A stretch of DNA of 64,000 bases from an uncultured Desulfobacter sp. GTDB lineage: Bacteria; Desulfobacterota; Desulfobacteria; Desulfobacterales; Desulfobacteraceae. Positions 37,819 to 49,172 of this stretch are shown piece by piece. Numbering within the stretch: the first letter of the stretch is position 1; every line of letters starts with the position of its first letter. Under the pieces are notes generated by a model. That model saw only the letters and a list, made by a program, of their open reading frames with translations, had not been told where the DNA came from and ran no database searches. A program made the translations under genes and the position numbers. The DNA lies in the NCBI GenBank assembly GCA_963665095.1, contig OY762069.1, positions 2,144,001-2,208,000 of the forward strand, in the 5' to 3' direction.

Positions 37819-39594
37819 TTAGTCCTCAGGGTCGCTGTAGGGCAGCAGGTCTTTGTACTCTTTTTGAATAAAATCGACATTTTCCTGCACTGTCTGAAAT
37901 CCCAGAAGCTTTTTCACATCTTCTTTTGCCTTTGCTACGTCCATGGACCGGATCATTTTCTTTATCACCGGTATGGCACCGGAGTTCATGGACAGATTGG
38001 TCAGACCCAGCCCCAAAAGCACGGGAATATTGATGGACTCCCCTGCCATTTCACCGCACATGAACAGATCAATGTGATTATCAGCAGCCGCTTCAACCGT
38101 CAGTTTGATCATTTTCAGTACAGCAGGATTCAAGGCCTGGTACAGGTGTGCCACCCTTCGATTCTGCCGGTCAATGGCCATGGAGTACTGGATCAGATCA
38201 TTGGTTCCAATGCTGAAAAAATCAACGTGGCCGGCCAGTTCCTGCGCCACCATCACCGCCGAAGGCACCTCAATCATAATGCCCAGAGGTATATCCTTAT
38301 TAAATACACGGCCTTCGGCCTCAAGTTCCTTTACAGCCCGGTTTATGCAGGACTTCACCTGTAAAATCTCTTCAACACAGGAAATCATGGGAATCAGCAG
38401 CTTAATATTGCCGAATGCCGCTGCCCTGAAGATAGCCTTAAGCTGGGTGACAAAAATCTCTTCATTTTCAAGACAGAACCTTACCGCCCTTAACCCCAAT
38501 GCCGGGTTGGCCTCTTCCACCGGGTCAATATAGGGGTTAAACTTATCCCCGTTGATATCCAGGGTCCGGATGGTCACCGGCGATGGCTGCATCAGCTCAG
38601 CCAGCTCCCGGTATTTCTGCATCATCTCATCTTCTGTGGGGAAACGGTTCAGGTCCAGATATAAAAATTCAGTTCTGAAAAGGCCGATACCGGCTGCCTT
38701 ATTATCCTTGGCAGAGACAACCTCCTCCACAAGCTCGATATTGGCTAAAAGATTCACCATCACGCCGTCTGCTGTCACTGCCGGCAGATGGCTGTCCCTT
38801 TCAATATTGGCCCTGAACACCTCAAACCGGGCCATCTTATCCTCATACCGGAACAGGGTATCTTCTTCCGGATTAATGATAATAATCCCGGCAGAGCCGT
38901 CCACAATAAGGATATCATCATTATTGATATTTGCCGTGGCAGTGCCCAAACCCAGCACGGAAGGAATTTTTAAGGACTTGGCCACAATACTGGTATGTGA
39001 ATCCTTGCCGCCCCGGTCCGTGACAAATCCTTTGATGCGCTCAAGCTGAATCTGGCTGGTGTCTGCCGGAGAAAGATCGTGGGCCACAATAATGACACGT
39101 TTGTTGATCTCACGAATTTTAAGATCCGGTGCCCCCACCAGATACGTCATTATTTTGTCAGACACCTGAATAATATCATTGCCCCGGGTCTTAAGATAGG
39201 GATCATTGATCTGGTCAAACATACGGCATACTGATCTTGACACCCGGCGCAGGGCCCACTCCGCATTCACCCGGTCATTGGTGATGGCATCAATGGTTTT
39301 GCCGTAAAGCATTTTATCCTTGAACAGCACCATATGGGTTTCAAGAATGTTCAAGTTCTCACTCAGGTCGGAACCAAGGGATTCTATGGTTTTGGCATGG
39401 TCGCTCTTGGCCTTGGCCACGGCATTTTTAAACCGGTCCACTTCGGCTGGAACCATCTCAGGGCTCACCGAATACCGTTTAATCAGGTTGACACCCTCAC
39501 GGTCCACCAGATAGGCCTTTCCGATACAGATCCCGGGGGAACCGCTGATACCCCGAAGGATCACCTGGCCTGGGGCAGTCCTATTCATTTTCAT
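37819..39594 (-). CDS. ptsI: PTS enzyme I (PEP-protein phosphotransferase)
   Basis: GGKDSHTSIVA (phospho-His), GIGLFRTEF, EANPALGLRA, SIGTNDLIQY and CGEMAG. Confidence 0.96.
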   Translation of the reverse strand: MKMNRTAPGQVILRGISGSPGICIGKAYLVDREGVNLIKRYSVSPEMVPAEVDRFKNAVAKAKSDHAKTIESLGSDLSENLNILETHMVLFKDKMLYGKTIDAITNDRVNAEWALRRVSRSVCRMFDQINDPYLKTRGNDIIQVSDKIMTYLVGAPDLKIREINKRVIIVAHDLSPADTSQIQLERIKGFVTDRGGKDSHTSIVAKSLKIPSVLGLGTATANINNDDILIVDGSAGIIIINPEEDTLFRYEDKMARFEVFRANIERDSHLPAVTADGVMVNLLANIELVEEVVSAKDNKAAGIGLFRTEFLYLDLNRFPTEDEMMQKYRELAELMQPSPVTIRTLDINGDKFNPYIDPVEEANPALGLRAVRFCLENEEIFVTQLKAIFRAAAFGNIKLLIPMISCVEEILQVKSCINRAVKELEAEGRVFNKDIPLGIMIEVPSAVMVAQELAGHVDFFSIGTNDLIQYSMAIDRQNRRVAHLYQALNPAVLKMIKLTVEAAADNHIDLFMCGEMAGESINIPVLLGLGLTNLSMNSGAIPVIKKMIRSMDVAKAKEDVKKLLGFQTVQENVDFIQKEYKDLLPYSDPED

Positions 39595-39889
39595 CTTCCT
39601 CAAATCCAATATCAAAATAGTTTTTTATCTGATCCGCCAGCGCTGAATCTTCTTCTTTTTCCGTAAGAATAGAGACTGTTGTTCCTGTAACGGCGCATAA
39701 AGTCAATATATCAATGATACTTGAGGCATCCACGATTGTTTTGCCGTCAGACAGCCAGATATCCCCTTTGGCTGCCTGGACCATCCTGGCAATTTGTGCT
39801 GCAGGCCGGGCATGCATGCCCAAAGCATTCACCACTGTTGTCTGCAGGAAAACTGAGTATTCAAAATCCAAGTGTAAGTTTATTCCCAA
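39581..39889 (-). CDS. ptsH: HPr phosphocarrier
   Basis: VVNALGMHARPAA and DASSIIDIL; start uncertain. Confidence 0.92.
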   Translation of the reverse strand: MGINLHLDFEYSVFLQTTVVNALGMHARPAAQIARMVQAAKGDIWLSDGKTIVDASSIIDILTLCAVTGTTVSILTEKEEDSALADQIKNYFDIGFEEDENE

Positions 39890-40158
39890 TGAGATATTTT
39901 TGCTTTATGCACCCTATTATCTGCATCAACTCAATATTAGACAATCCGCTTGATCAGGTCATTTAAAACAGGTAGTGTATATCATATTTCTGGCATTTCC
40001 GCCAGTTGGAATGGCATACCTGAACCTGGCATTTTATTAAAGCTTTTTCTAACATATCTTTAATAAAATCCACTAAATATTTTTTGCAGTGCGCGCTGCG
40101 GTCCGAAAATGGGGTACATACTCCAGGCGCGGCATAGCTGTTATTAAAGGAGTTAAAT

Positions 40159-40824
40159 ATGACCGTGTCCCAAGCCATCCAGTACCCCATTGATGATTTC
40201 AAATCCGGAGAATCATGGCGTCTGTTTAAAATTATGGGAGAATTTGTTGAAGGCATTGACGGTCTGCATGATTTAGGGCCGGCTGTATCCATCTTTGGAT
40301 CGGCAAGAACGACCCAAGGTCATCCTGATTATGAAACCGCAAGAAAAACAGCGGCCTGCTTTGCGGCCCACGGTTATGCCGTTATAACAGGTGGCGGACC
40401 CGGTATCATGGAGGCGGGCAACTTAGGTGCATCCGAAAAAAACGGTGAATCAGTGGGCCTGAAAATCGCTCTTCCCTTTGAAGAGAAGGGGAATGCATAT
40501 ATGACACGTTCCTTGGATTTCCACTATTTTTTTGTCCGCAAGGTCATGTTTGTTAAATATGCCCTTGCATATATCATTCTGCCGGGGGGTTTAGGCACCA
40601 TGGACGAAATGTTTGAAACCCTGACCCTTGTCCAGACACAGCGAATCCGTAAAAAACCGGTAATTCTGATGAACACCCCGTTCTGGGCAGGGCTACTGGA
40701 ATGGATAAAAACCGCACTTGAAGGGAACGGATTGATTTCAAACGGAGATATAGATCTGATATCTTTGGCAGACACCCCGGAACAGGCCCTTGAAATTGTA
40801 GATAACTTTTATAATCCCTCTTAA
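40159..40824 (+). CDS. LOG family nucleotide phosphoribohydrolase
   Basis: IFGSAR, TGGGPGIME, FFVRKVMF and PGGLGTMDE. Confidence 0.93.
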   Translation: MTVSQAIQYPIDDFKSGESWRLFKIMGEFVEGIDGLHDLGPAVSIFGSARTTQGHPDYETARKTAACFAAHGYAVITGGGPGIMEAGNLGASEKNGESVGLKIALPFEEKGNAYMTRSLDFHYFFVRKVMFVKYALAYIILPGGLGTMDEMFETLTLVQTQRIRKKPVILMNTPFWAGLLEWIKTALEGNGLISNGDIDLISLADTPEQALEIVDNFYNPS

Positions 40825-40838
40825 GGCCATGGCCAGAA

Positions 40839-43800
40839 TTAAACCATGACGGCTGTTTCCCGTCTTGGAATATGAAACAGTGTATTTTCAGGTAACTGCT
40901 TTAAGCCAAGCCCTGAACAAATCAGTTTACGTACCGTCTCAAGCTCCTTTATCGGGGTCTTAGGCCTTGCTGTACGCAGGTACATCTCCCCCCAGGAGTT
41001 GAGATAAATCAATGTAAAATCAGATATCTTACCCGTTGGCCGCAGGGCATAAAAATTAACTGAAACAAAGAGCCTGGCAATAGCCGGTGCCTGCCTTAAG
41101 GCTTCAAAGCTGATGTTTTTTTCGATCACCGGCGTAAAAAAACCATGCATTGCCCTGTACAATTTTTCAATGCTGTCATGGGAGACCTCTGTGGGATTGG
41201 GTGCCATGGCAAGAAAGGTACGGTCTGTGTATAAGTGGTTGTTAATAAGCCATGCGCCGATTTCCTCTAAAGACCCTGCTGTAAGAATGGATTCCTCTCC
41301 TGCCTGCATCTGTTTGGATGGCTTATGGATCAGTTCCCACTGACCGTATTTTTTCCCGGACACGGGCAGGTATTTCAGATACAGCCTTGAAAAATGACGA
41401 TCTCCGCTTGAAATCAGCAGCAGCTTTTTGATCTTTCCCGGCTTATCCTGAAATTGAATATCGACCTTACGCTCCAGCACCATACGGTCCTGGTCCGAAA
41501 TGATCAGCCCTTGGCCCCTTTTTTCAGGAAACCGTTCCTTAAGGTCTTTATACCGGGAGACCATATACTGCTCAATGGTTAAAGAGAGCCGGTGGATGGC
41601 ATCATAGGGCCAGGTCCTGAAGCGGCCGATCTCAAAGACTTTTTCCTGGGACCATCCCCACTCTTTCAGACATCGTTCCAAAAGAATCCTGCGCAGCCCA
41701 AAAACACTGTGATCCAGTTCCGACTGCTTGGACATCCCAAGCTTAAGAAAGAAGCAGGTAAGTATCAATTTAATCGAGCGCTGGTCTCCCAGATTCTCGT
41801 AAAACTGAATCAGCGTGTTGAGCAAAATAATATAAGAGTCGTTCTGACCCGGCTTCAGGTGGGTCCCGGAATTCATCCACTCATTTTTATACTGATTGCA
41901 CAGCATAGGCTCCCGGCCGTAGGTATTGATGTATTTTTCCAGAAGCGCCATTTTAATTACCGACTTAAACGGACTTTTCAGCCATTTGAACATCTGCCAG
42001 ATGGACGCGCCAAAATATTCGTTCCTGGATACCGCATGGATATCCCCGAGATCTATATACCGGTTGGTGCCAGGCAGCCGTGAAATACAGTCAAGTATCA
42101 GGTTGTAGTAGTTAATGCTGATACTGGTGGGCAAGGCTGTCCATAAAGGCAGTTTGCCGGCCACATGAATCATGGTCCGGTAAAACTCCTCCTTAAGCAG
42201 CCGTGCCTGGGCCGTACCGGAACTCTCCTGGGTGGAATCGCCGAAATCATTGTCACGGGCTTTATAGATATCCACTAAAAAAAATGTGACATGGATTTTA
42301 AACCGCTCCCAGGCCATATTTTCCAGACCGTCCAGCTTCTGTCGAAGCAATTTGACAGAAGCCTTCCCCAGACTTTTTTCATCAATGCAGATCCAGTAAT
42401 CTATATCCGATTCCGCTGTCTGGGCCAAAGATCCCACACTGCCCATGGAGTATACAGCCAGAATCCGGGGATCTGCATGGCGCCGGATCAGAGTATGATC
42501 ACGGCCAAGGTAGCGTTCACCGACTTTCCTTGTCTCATTAGACGGCAGATAGTCTGCTATCCCGACAGGCGTATCCGAAGGGAATTTTCCGGTCTCCGCC
42601 ATGGGAATATTTTCATGAATAAGCAGTGGCAGAAGCTGAAAAAAATCAGCCTGTTCCGCTTTAAATACATCAAATGCAGCTAAAAGACTTAACTTATTCT
42701 GTTTCAGAAACCTGGCCTGGCCAAAATGGACAAACTCACAGAAAATCAGCATATTGATTTCATGGGCTACCCTGGGGTCAATCCGTGGCAAATCATTAAA
42801 ACTAAGCTGAAATTCCCGGTCATTATAGTCCATACCCCGGGTACGTAAATCCAGGGCAGCATGGACAGCAAACCGGCAGAACCTGGCCCGGGCATTGGAA
42901 AACTGGGCCATATGCAGACAGGTATTGGCAAAGGAGATAGCGGAAATTCTTGCATGGGCAAATACGGCGCAGGTCAGATTGGCATCGTTAAATGAAGATT
43001 TGGAAACAACGGCCTGGATAAAAATACCATCCGTAAAATCTGTCCCGTTGAAATTGCAATTATAAAAAGAGGCATTCTGAAAGCTACACTGCAGGAACCT
43101 TGCCTTCTGGGCAGATACATTGACAAATACTGCATTGTCAAAGCAGGTCTGTTCAAAAACTGCGTCATCCATATTCATATTATAAAACAGTGCAGACCGG
43201 CACGAACCGCCTGAAACACAGATCCCGTTCATAAATGTATTTATGATCTGAGCATGTTTCATATTAAACACAGAAGAAGAGGTATCAAGTCCGGACAAAT
43301 CCCTGTCCCGGATAACTGCATGCTGAAGATTCAAGTCTGCAGGAATAATATGGTTTTCTAAATCCTCCAGTTTCTTTTGAACCGGATCCCTAAGTATGGA
43401 TTTAAAAAGCGTGGCCACAGTTTTTTTTTCAGGCATATCTGTGTGCACATCCTCAAAAAAGGCGGCAATGCTCCTGCGTTCCTTGACCAGCAGATTCTGG
43501 GTTTTTTTCATGAGCCGGTCCACCTCTTTTACAAGCTGCTCAGAACCACAGATATCTCTGTTGTCTTTTAAAATTCTGACCACCCGTTCAGGACGTTTTT
43601 TGATCATGCCGAAAATACATGCCAGGTTCACATCATAATTATTGCCCTCATAGGCGCTCTTATTTAAGGCAATGTCCTGCATCGCAAAAAAAGAGAGTCT
43701 GGTCAGGTCGGAAATTTCCATATGGATAATGGGAATGATGGAGGGATAGGTGCCACGCACCATTTCCATAAGCTTGTGAAAAGGGTATCTGCCGGTCACT

Positions 43801-44720
43801 ACCAGGGCCTTAAAAGCAGCCATGGCCTCGCGGGTATCAGCATGTCGAAACTGTTGGAATACCGGCTCAAACATGTCAGGATACTGCCCCAGGGATGAAT
43901 TTTCGATCAGGCTGTAAACCGCCATTCTGACCTTTTTAACAGTATTGCCGGACAGCGCTGATTTCAAAATCGGCAGCGGCATTCCGGTCCGCATCATTGA
44001 GATGGCTTTAAGGCCGGTAATCCTGATATCAGGATCCAACGACAGCAAATTGACATCCTCAATCCGGAAGGGATCTCGTAATGATGCATCAATATTGTTT
44101 AAAAACGGATCAACATCGCGGGTCCGGTCAAAAAGACCGGCATAATACCAGGTAACGGCATCACGCTGTTTTATGCCTGCAAGCACGTACCTGAACAGAC
44201 GTGCAAACCGAAAACGGATAGCCGGGTCTGCCTGCAGATACTGGTCTGCAAAAATCAGGCGCAGTTTGTCATCCACATCCTTCATCGCTGTTTTTATAAC
44301 ATCTTCTGACACCCGCTCCAGATACAGGGCTTTAAATGCAAAAAAGGCACCGGGCCCGCCAAGATTCATCAGGGCCTGAACCAGAACGGTTTTATCTGAA
44401 AATGCCATCTGAATGTTGATCTGCCGGTAAATCCGCGCACTGGCACAAAGGGCGTCAATTTCAGCTTGCTTTAAACTGTCCCGGCTGGAAGGCGTTTCCA
44501 AGACCGTCCAGATGCCGCAAGTCACCTCCGACAAGCTTTTTCTGCCAGCCTCACGTAAGGGATAATGGACAGAAAAAATGCTATTCAAAATAGGTAAGAA
44601 GGCAAGGTCAACAGGAAGTTCAGGGGCCTTTCGAATCAGACTGACCTGCTGGTCTCTATCAAGGCCGCTCCAGTGGTCCTCAAAGGTGTCAATATCGAAT
44701 CCAGGGCTTGCTTCATCCAT
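40839..44720 (-). CDS. cyaA: Class I adenylate cyclase with helical N-terminal region and pentapeptide repeats
   Basis: YSMGSVGSLAQTAESDIDYWIC, LLKEEFYRT and SPFKSVIKMALLE; central pentapeptide repeats (FDNAV, FQNAS, FNDAN). Confidence 0.85.
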   Translation of the reverse strand: MDEASPGFDIDTFEDHWSGLDRDQQVSLIRKAPELPVDLAFLPILNSIFSVHYPLREAGRKSLSEVTCGIWTVLETPSSRDSLKQAEIDALCASARIYRQINIQMAFSDKTVLVQALMNLGGPGAFFAFKALYLERVSEDVIKTAMKDVDDKLRLIFADQYLQADPAIRFRFARLFRYVLAGIKQRDAVTWYYAGLFDRTRDVDPFLNNIDASLRDPFRIEDVNLLSLDPDIRITGLKAISMMRTGMPLPILKSALSGNTVKKVRMAVYSLIENSSLGQYPDMFEPVFQQFRHADTREAMAAFKALVVTGRYPFHKLMEMVRGTYPSIIPIIHMEISDLTRLSFFAMQDIALNKSAYEGNNYDVNLACIFGMIKKRPERVVRILKDNRDICGSEQLVKEVDRLMKKTQNLLVKERRSIAAFFEDVHTDMPEKKTVATLFKSILRDPVQKKLEDLENHIIPADLNLQHAVIRDRDLSGLDTSSSVFNMKHAQIINTFMNGICVSGGSCRSALFYNMNMDDAVFEQTCFDNAVFVNVSAQKARFLQCSFQNASFYNCNFNGTDFTDGIFIQAVVSKSSFNDANLTCAVFAHARISAISFANTCLHMAQFSNARARFCRFAVHAALDLRTRGMDYNDREFQLSFNDLPRIDPRVAHEINMLIFCEFVHFGQARFLKQNKLSLLAAFDVFKAEQADFFQLLPLLIHENIPMAETGKFPSDTPVGIADYLPSNETRKVGERYLGRDHTLIRRHADPRILAVYSMGSVGSLAQTAESDIDYWICIDEKSLGKASVKLLRQKLDGLENMAWERFKIHVTFFLVDIYKARDNDFGDSTQESSGTAQARLLKEEFYRTMIHVAGKLPLWTALPTSISINYYNLILDCISRLPGTNRYIDLGDIHAVSRNEYFGASIWQMFKWLKSPFKSVIKMALLEKYINTYGREPMLCNQYKNEWMNSGTHLKPGQNDSYIILLNTLIQFYENLGDQRSIKLILTCFFLKLGMSKQSELDHSVFGLRRILLERCLKEWGWSQEKVFEIGRFRTWPYDAIHRLSLTIEQYMVSRYKDLKERFPEKRGQGLIISDQDRMVLERKVDIQFQDKPGKIKKLLLISSGDRHFSRLYLKYLPVSGKKYGQWELIHKPSKQMQAGEESILTAGSLEEIGAWLINNHLYTDRTFLAMAPNPTEVSHDSIEKLYRAMHGFFTPVIEKNISFEALRQAPAIARLFVSVNFYALRPTGKISDFTLIYLNSWGEMYLRTARPKTPIKELETVRKLICSGLGLKQLPENTLFHIPRRETAVMV

Positions 44721-44825
44721 AATTTAATGTCACGCCGGGGTATATTTTCATTTAAAAGTGGTATAAAAGTAAGTTTATTTTTTTCACATACGCTTCAATT
44801 TTGTATATCATACCAGAATAGTTTT

Positions 44826-46892
44826 ATGAAATTATTTGATGACAGAGCACAGACAGCAGACAAGACCTATGACGCCCAGTCCATAGAGGTGTTAAAAGGG
44901 CTGGATCCGGTCAGACGCCGCCCCGGCATGTACACTGATACCTCAAGCCCGGACCATCTGGCCTTTGAGGTGATTGACAACAGCGTGGATGAGGCCATTG
45001 CAGGTCATGCCACACGCATTGATGTTACCCTGACAAAGGACAACCGGGTGATTGTATCGGATAACGGCCGGGGAATGCCGGTGGATATCCATCCCCAGGA
45101 GGGCATATCCGGGGTGGAGCTGATCATGACCAAACTGCATGCCGGGGCCAAGTTCTCATCCAAGGATTATGCGTTTTCAGGGGGGCTGCACGGGGTGGGT
45201 GTTTCTGTGGTCAATGCCCTTTCCCTTAAACTGACCATAAACATTCAACGCAATGGTCAGATCTACTGCATCGAATTTCAGAACGGCAACAAAAGCCGGG
45301 ACCTTGAGGTGACTGGGAAAGCCGCCCATACCGGTACCACACTGGCATTTAAACCCGATCCTGCCTATTTTGATACGGATCAGTTCAATGCAAAAACTAT
45401 CCAGGCTGCACTGAAATCCAAGGCAGTGCTGTGCCAGGGCCTTACCACCAGTTTCACTTTAGAGGAAACCGGAGAAATCTTTACCTGGCATTACAACCAG
45501 GGCCTTGATGAATATTTAAAAGAGATGATTGCCGGCAAAGAGCCCCTGTTCCCCGCCCCGTTCACAGGTGCCGTGGATAACGATGAATTCCAGGCGGCAT
45601 GGGCGGTGAACTGGGGCAATGACGAAGCACTTGACCTTGAGGAGAGCTATGTCAACCTGATTCCCACAAAATTGGGCGGCACCCATGTCAACGGATTCAG
45701 ATCCGGGCTCCTTGAATCGGTAAAGGAGTTCTGTAAATTTCGAAACCTGCTGCCGAAAGGTGTTTTCCTGACTCCTGAGGACATCTGGCTTAATGTGGGC
45801 TATGTACTGTCGGTCAAGCTGGTGGAGGCTCAGTTTTCAAGCCAGACAAAAGAACGGCTCTCATCACGGCACTGCGCCAATCTTGTTAATATCAATGTCC
45901 GGGATACCTTCAGTCTCTGGCTGAATCAGAATGTGGCCTTAGGGGAAGCCCTGGCCCAGGCCGCCATTGAAAACGCCCGGAACCGGGAAAGAAAGCGCAA
46001 AAAAGTGACGCTGAAAACCCGGACCAGCGGCATCTCACTGCCGGCCAAACTGTCTGACTGCACCAGTGACGATCAAAAACAAAGGGAACTGTTCTTTGTG
46101 GAGGGAGATTCCGCGGGCGGCTCTGCCAAGCAGGCCAGGGACCGCCGGTTTCAGGCTATCATGCCCCTGCGCGGCAAAATCTTGAATACCTGGGATGCAA
46201 GTTCCTCATCCATCCTTGAATCCAAGGAGATCCGGGATATTTCCCAGGTATTGGGTGTGGTACCGGGTGCCAAAGATATTTCAAAACTTAGATACAACAA
46301 ACTGTGCATTCTGGCAGATGCTGACTCGGACGGGCTCCACATCGCCACCCTGCTGTGCGCCCTGTTTCTGAGGCATTTTCCCGAAGTCGTGCGCCAGGGG
46401 CATGTGTTTGTGGCCATGCCCCCGCTATACCGCATTGATATGGGCAAAGAGGTGTTCTATGCCCTGGACGATTCTGAAAAAAGCGCTATTATAAAGCGAC
46501 TGAACCGTAGAAAAAAACCGTCAAAAATTAATATCCAGCGGTTCAAGGGTTTAGGTGAAATGAACCCGTCCCAGCTTCGCGAAACCACGATTGCTCCAGA
46601 CTCCAGGCGCCTGGTTCAGCTGACAGTGGAACCTGACTCCATGGCAGGCAAGCCGGGGGAGGCGGGCAATTCTGAGGAGGGAAAAGTCAAACCGATTAAT
46701 GATACGCAACCTGCAGACCAGGAAGCACCCGGCCTGGATGAAACAGCTGACTCCCCTTCAGGCAATATCGAGCAGTCTGCAAATACATCAGATCAGGATG
46801 TAATTCAGATCATGGATATGCTGCTGAGTAAAAAAAGAGCCAGGGACCGGAAAAACTGGATCGAAACCCATGGCGTAATCAAAGAGATGTAA
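44826..46892 (+). CDS. parE: DNA topoisomerase IV subunit B
   Basis: GLDPVRRRPGMY, EVIDNSVDE, EGDSAGGSAKQ, PLRGKILN and DADSDG; adjacent to parC. Confidence 0.93.
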   Translation: MKLFDDRAQTADKTYDAQSIEVLKGLDPVRRRPGMYTDTSSPDHLAFEVIDNSVDEAIAGHATRIDVTLTKDNRVIVSDNGRGMPVDIHPQEGISGVELIMTKLHAGAKFSSKDYAFSGGLHGVGVSVVNALSLKLTINIQRNGQIYCIEFQNGNKSRDLEVTGKAAHTGTTLAFKPDPAYFDTDQFNAKTIQAALKSKAVLCQGLTTSFTLEETGEIFTWHYNQGLDEYLKEMIAGKEPLFPAPFTGAVDNDEFQAAWAVNWGNDEALDLEESYVNLIPTKLGGTHVNGFRSGLLESVKEFCKFRNLLPKGVFLTPEDIWLNVGYVLSVKLVEAQFSSQTKERLSSRHCANLVNINVRDTFSLWLNQNVALGEALAQAAIENARNRERKRKKVTLKTRTSGISLPAKLSDCTSDDQKQRELFFVEGDSAGGSAKQARDRRFQAIMPLRGKILNTWDASSSSILESKEIRDISQVLGVVPGAKDISKLRYNKLCILADADSDGLHIATLLCALFLRHFPEVVRQGHVFVAMPPLYRIDMGKEVFYALDDSEKSAIIKRLNRRKKPSKINIQRFKGLGEMNPSQLRETTIAPDSRRLVQLTVEPDSMAGKPGEAGNSEEGKVKPINDTQPADQEAPGLDETADSPSGNIEQSANTSDQDVIQIMDMLLSKKRARDRKNWIETHGVIKEM

Positions 46893-46895
46893 CAA

Positions 46896-49172
46896 ATGAC
46901 CCAGACCAGCCAAGTTGAAGAGTTTGAAACCCTGCCCTTCCAGGATTTTGCCCAGAATGCCTATCTGAACTACTCCATGTATGTAATTCTGGACCGGGCG
47001 CTTCCCCATATCGGGGACGGGCTGAAACCGGTCCAGCGCAGAATTATTTACTCCATGAGCCAGTTAGGGCTCTCCTCCACGGCCAAATTCAAAAAATCCG
47101 CCAGAACTGTGGGAGATGTCCTAGGCAAATTCCATCCCCATGGAGATTCGGCCTGTTACGAGGCCATGGTGCTGATGGCCCAGCCCTTCTCCCTGAGATA
47201 TCCTTTGGTGGACGGCCAGGGCAACTGGGGAGACCCCAATGACCCCAAGTCCTTTGCAGCCATGCGGTACACCGAATCCCGCCTTTCCAGGTATGCAAAG
47301 CTCCTGCTGGATGAACTGGAACAGGGCACCGTGGCATGGGTGCCCAATTTTGACGGCACCCTGGATGAACCATCTCTTTTGCCCGCACGCCTGCCAAACC
47401 TGCTGCTCAACGGCACCACCGGCATTGCTGTTGGTATGGCCACATCCATCCCGCCACATAATCTGCGTGAAGTAGCAAAGGCGCTGATCCATCTCATTGA
47501 AAACGAAGATGCCGGAATTGCCGATATCTGCAAATTCATCAAAGGCCCGGATTTCCCCACTGAAGCCGAAATCATCACGCCGGCGGAAGAGATTACTGAA
47601 ATTTACGAGAAAGGCGGGGGCCGGGTAAAGATGCGGGCCAGGTATGTCATAGAGGACGGTGATCTTGTATTTACTGCCCTTCCCTTCCATGCCTCGGCTG
47701 AAAAAATCTACGAACAGATCGCGGCCCAGATCAGCGCAAAAAAACTGCCCATGGTGTCGGACATAAGGGATGAATCCGACCACGAAGATCCAACACGCCT
47801 GGTAATTATTCCCCGGTCCAACCGCGTGGATCTTAACGCCCTGGCTGACCATCTGTTTGCCACCACAGATCTTGAAAAAAATTTTTCAGTGAACATGAAC
47901 ATGATCGGCCTTGACGGCCGGCCCGGCGTGAAGAATCTAAAAACCGTCCTGTCAGAATGGCTGGTCTTCCGAAGGGAAACCATTGAAAAAAAATTGACAT
48001 TCCGGCTGGATAAAATCATCAACCGCCTGCACCTTCTTGAAGGGTTTAAAATTGTTTATCTCAACCTTGATAAGGTGATTGAGATTATCCGGAATGCCGA
48101 TGACCCCGCAAGGGCTCTTATGAAAACATTCGGGCTCACCGAGATCCAGACCAAAGCCATTCTGGAGATCCGTCTGCGCCAGCTGGCCAGGATGGAGGAA
48201 ATTAAAATTATTGAAGAGATGGAAGGCCTCAACAAAGAGAAGGATGAACTGGAGACGCTTTTAAATTCTTCGAAAGCGTTCAAGGCCTTTATGATCAAAG
48301 AAATTGAAGAGGATGCCAAAAACTTTGGGGATAAGCGAAGGTCCCCCATCAAAGAACGCAAAGATGCAGAAGCATTCTCCGCAACGGACGTGCTGGAGGC
48401 GGAACCGGTGACTATTATCCTGTCCGCTAACGGGTGGATCAGGGCGGCCAAGGGCCATGACATAGACCCTGAAAACGTCAAGTTCAGAACCGGGGATCAT
48501 CTGCTGAGCCATTTGCGCACCCGCTCGGATATGCCCATTGTACTCATTGATACCACTGGCCGCAGCTATACGCTTTTTTCCCACGCCCTGCCCTCGGCCC
48601 GGGGTAATGGCGAACCGGTCACCGGACATTTAACCCTGGCCCCGGATGCCGTCATCGGGCATATGCTCTCTGCCCAGGAAGAGGATCTGTTTCTGGTTGG
48701 TGCAGATAACGGTTATGGTTTCATTATCAAATTTAACGATTTTCTAACCAATTATAAAAACGGCAAGGCATTGATCACCGTCCCTAAAGACTGTCTGCCG
48801 GTTGACCCTCTTTTGATTCCTGATATCAATAAAGACAATGTACTTGCTGTCACCAACCGGGGCCGTATGCTGATCTTCAGCATCAACCAGCTGCCCCGCC
48901 TGAAAAAAGGCAAGGGTAATAAAATTATTCATATTCCTTCTCCCGGCAAGGGCCAGACAGATCGGGAAAAGCTTAAGTTTCTTAAAATATTGCCTTTAAA
49001 CTCAAACCTTGTTATACATGCGGGCAAACATTTCCTGCGGCTGACCCCGGGCAACCAGACAGATTATGAAAGCACCCGGGGACGAAGGGGGAAATTGCTT
49101 CCCCGGGGATACAGGACGGTTGATAATATTGAAATTATTCCCCTCCAGCCGCCAGATAATACGGATTCATGA
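46896..49172 (+). CDS. parC: DNA topoisomerase IV subunit A
   Basis: [27 protein letters not shown] and [10 protein letters not shown]; no GyrA box seen. Confidence 0.93.
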   Translation: MTQTSQVEEFETLPFQDFAQNAYLNYSMYVILDRALPHIGDGLKPVQRRIIYSMSQLGLSSTAKFKKSARTVGDVLGKFHPHGDSACYEAMVLMAQPFSLRYPLVDGQGNWGDPNDPKSFAAMRYTESRLSRYAKLLLDELEQGTVAWVPNFDGTLDEPSLLPARLPNLLLNGTTGIAVGMATSIPPHNLREVAKALIHLIENEDAGIADICKFIKGPDFPTEAEIITPAEEITEIYEKGGGRVKMRARYVIEDGDLVFTALPFHASAEKIYEQIAAQISAKKLPMVSDIRDESDHEDPTRLVIIPRSNRVDLNALADHLFATTDLEKNFSVNMNMIGLDGRPGVKNLKTVLSEWLVFRRETIEKKLTFRLDKIINRLHLLEGFKIVYLNLDKVIEIIRNADDPARALMKTFGLTEIQTKAILEIRLRQLARMEEIKIIEEMEGLNKEKDELETLLNSSKAFKAFMIKEIEEDAKNFGDKRRSPIKERKDAEAFSATDVLEAEPVTIILSANGWIRAAKGHDIDPENVKFRTGDHLLSHLRTRSDMPIVLIDTTGRSYTLFSHALPSARGNGEPVTGHLTLAPDAVIGHMLSAQEEDLFLVGADNGYGFIIKFNDFLTNYKNGKALITVPKDCLPVDPLLIPDINKDNVLAVTNRGRMLIFSINQLPRLKKGKGNKIIHIPSPGKGQTDREKLKFLKILPLNSNLVIHAGKHFLRLTPGNQTDYESTRGRRGKLLPRGYRTVDNIEIIPLQPPDNTDS

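Noticed and set aside
44826..49172. gyrB/gyrA assignment
   Set aside because: Subunit lengths, the ParC-type N-terminus and the lack of a visible GyrA box favour topoisomerase IV.
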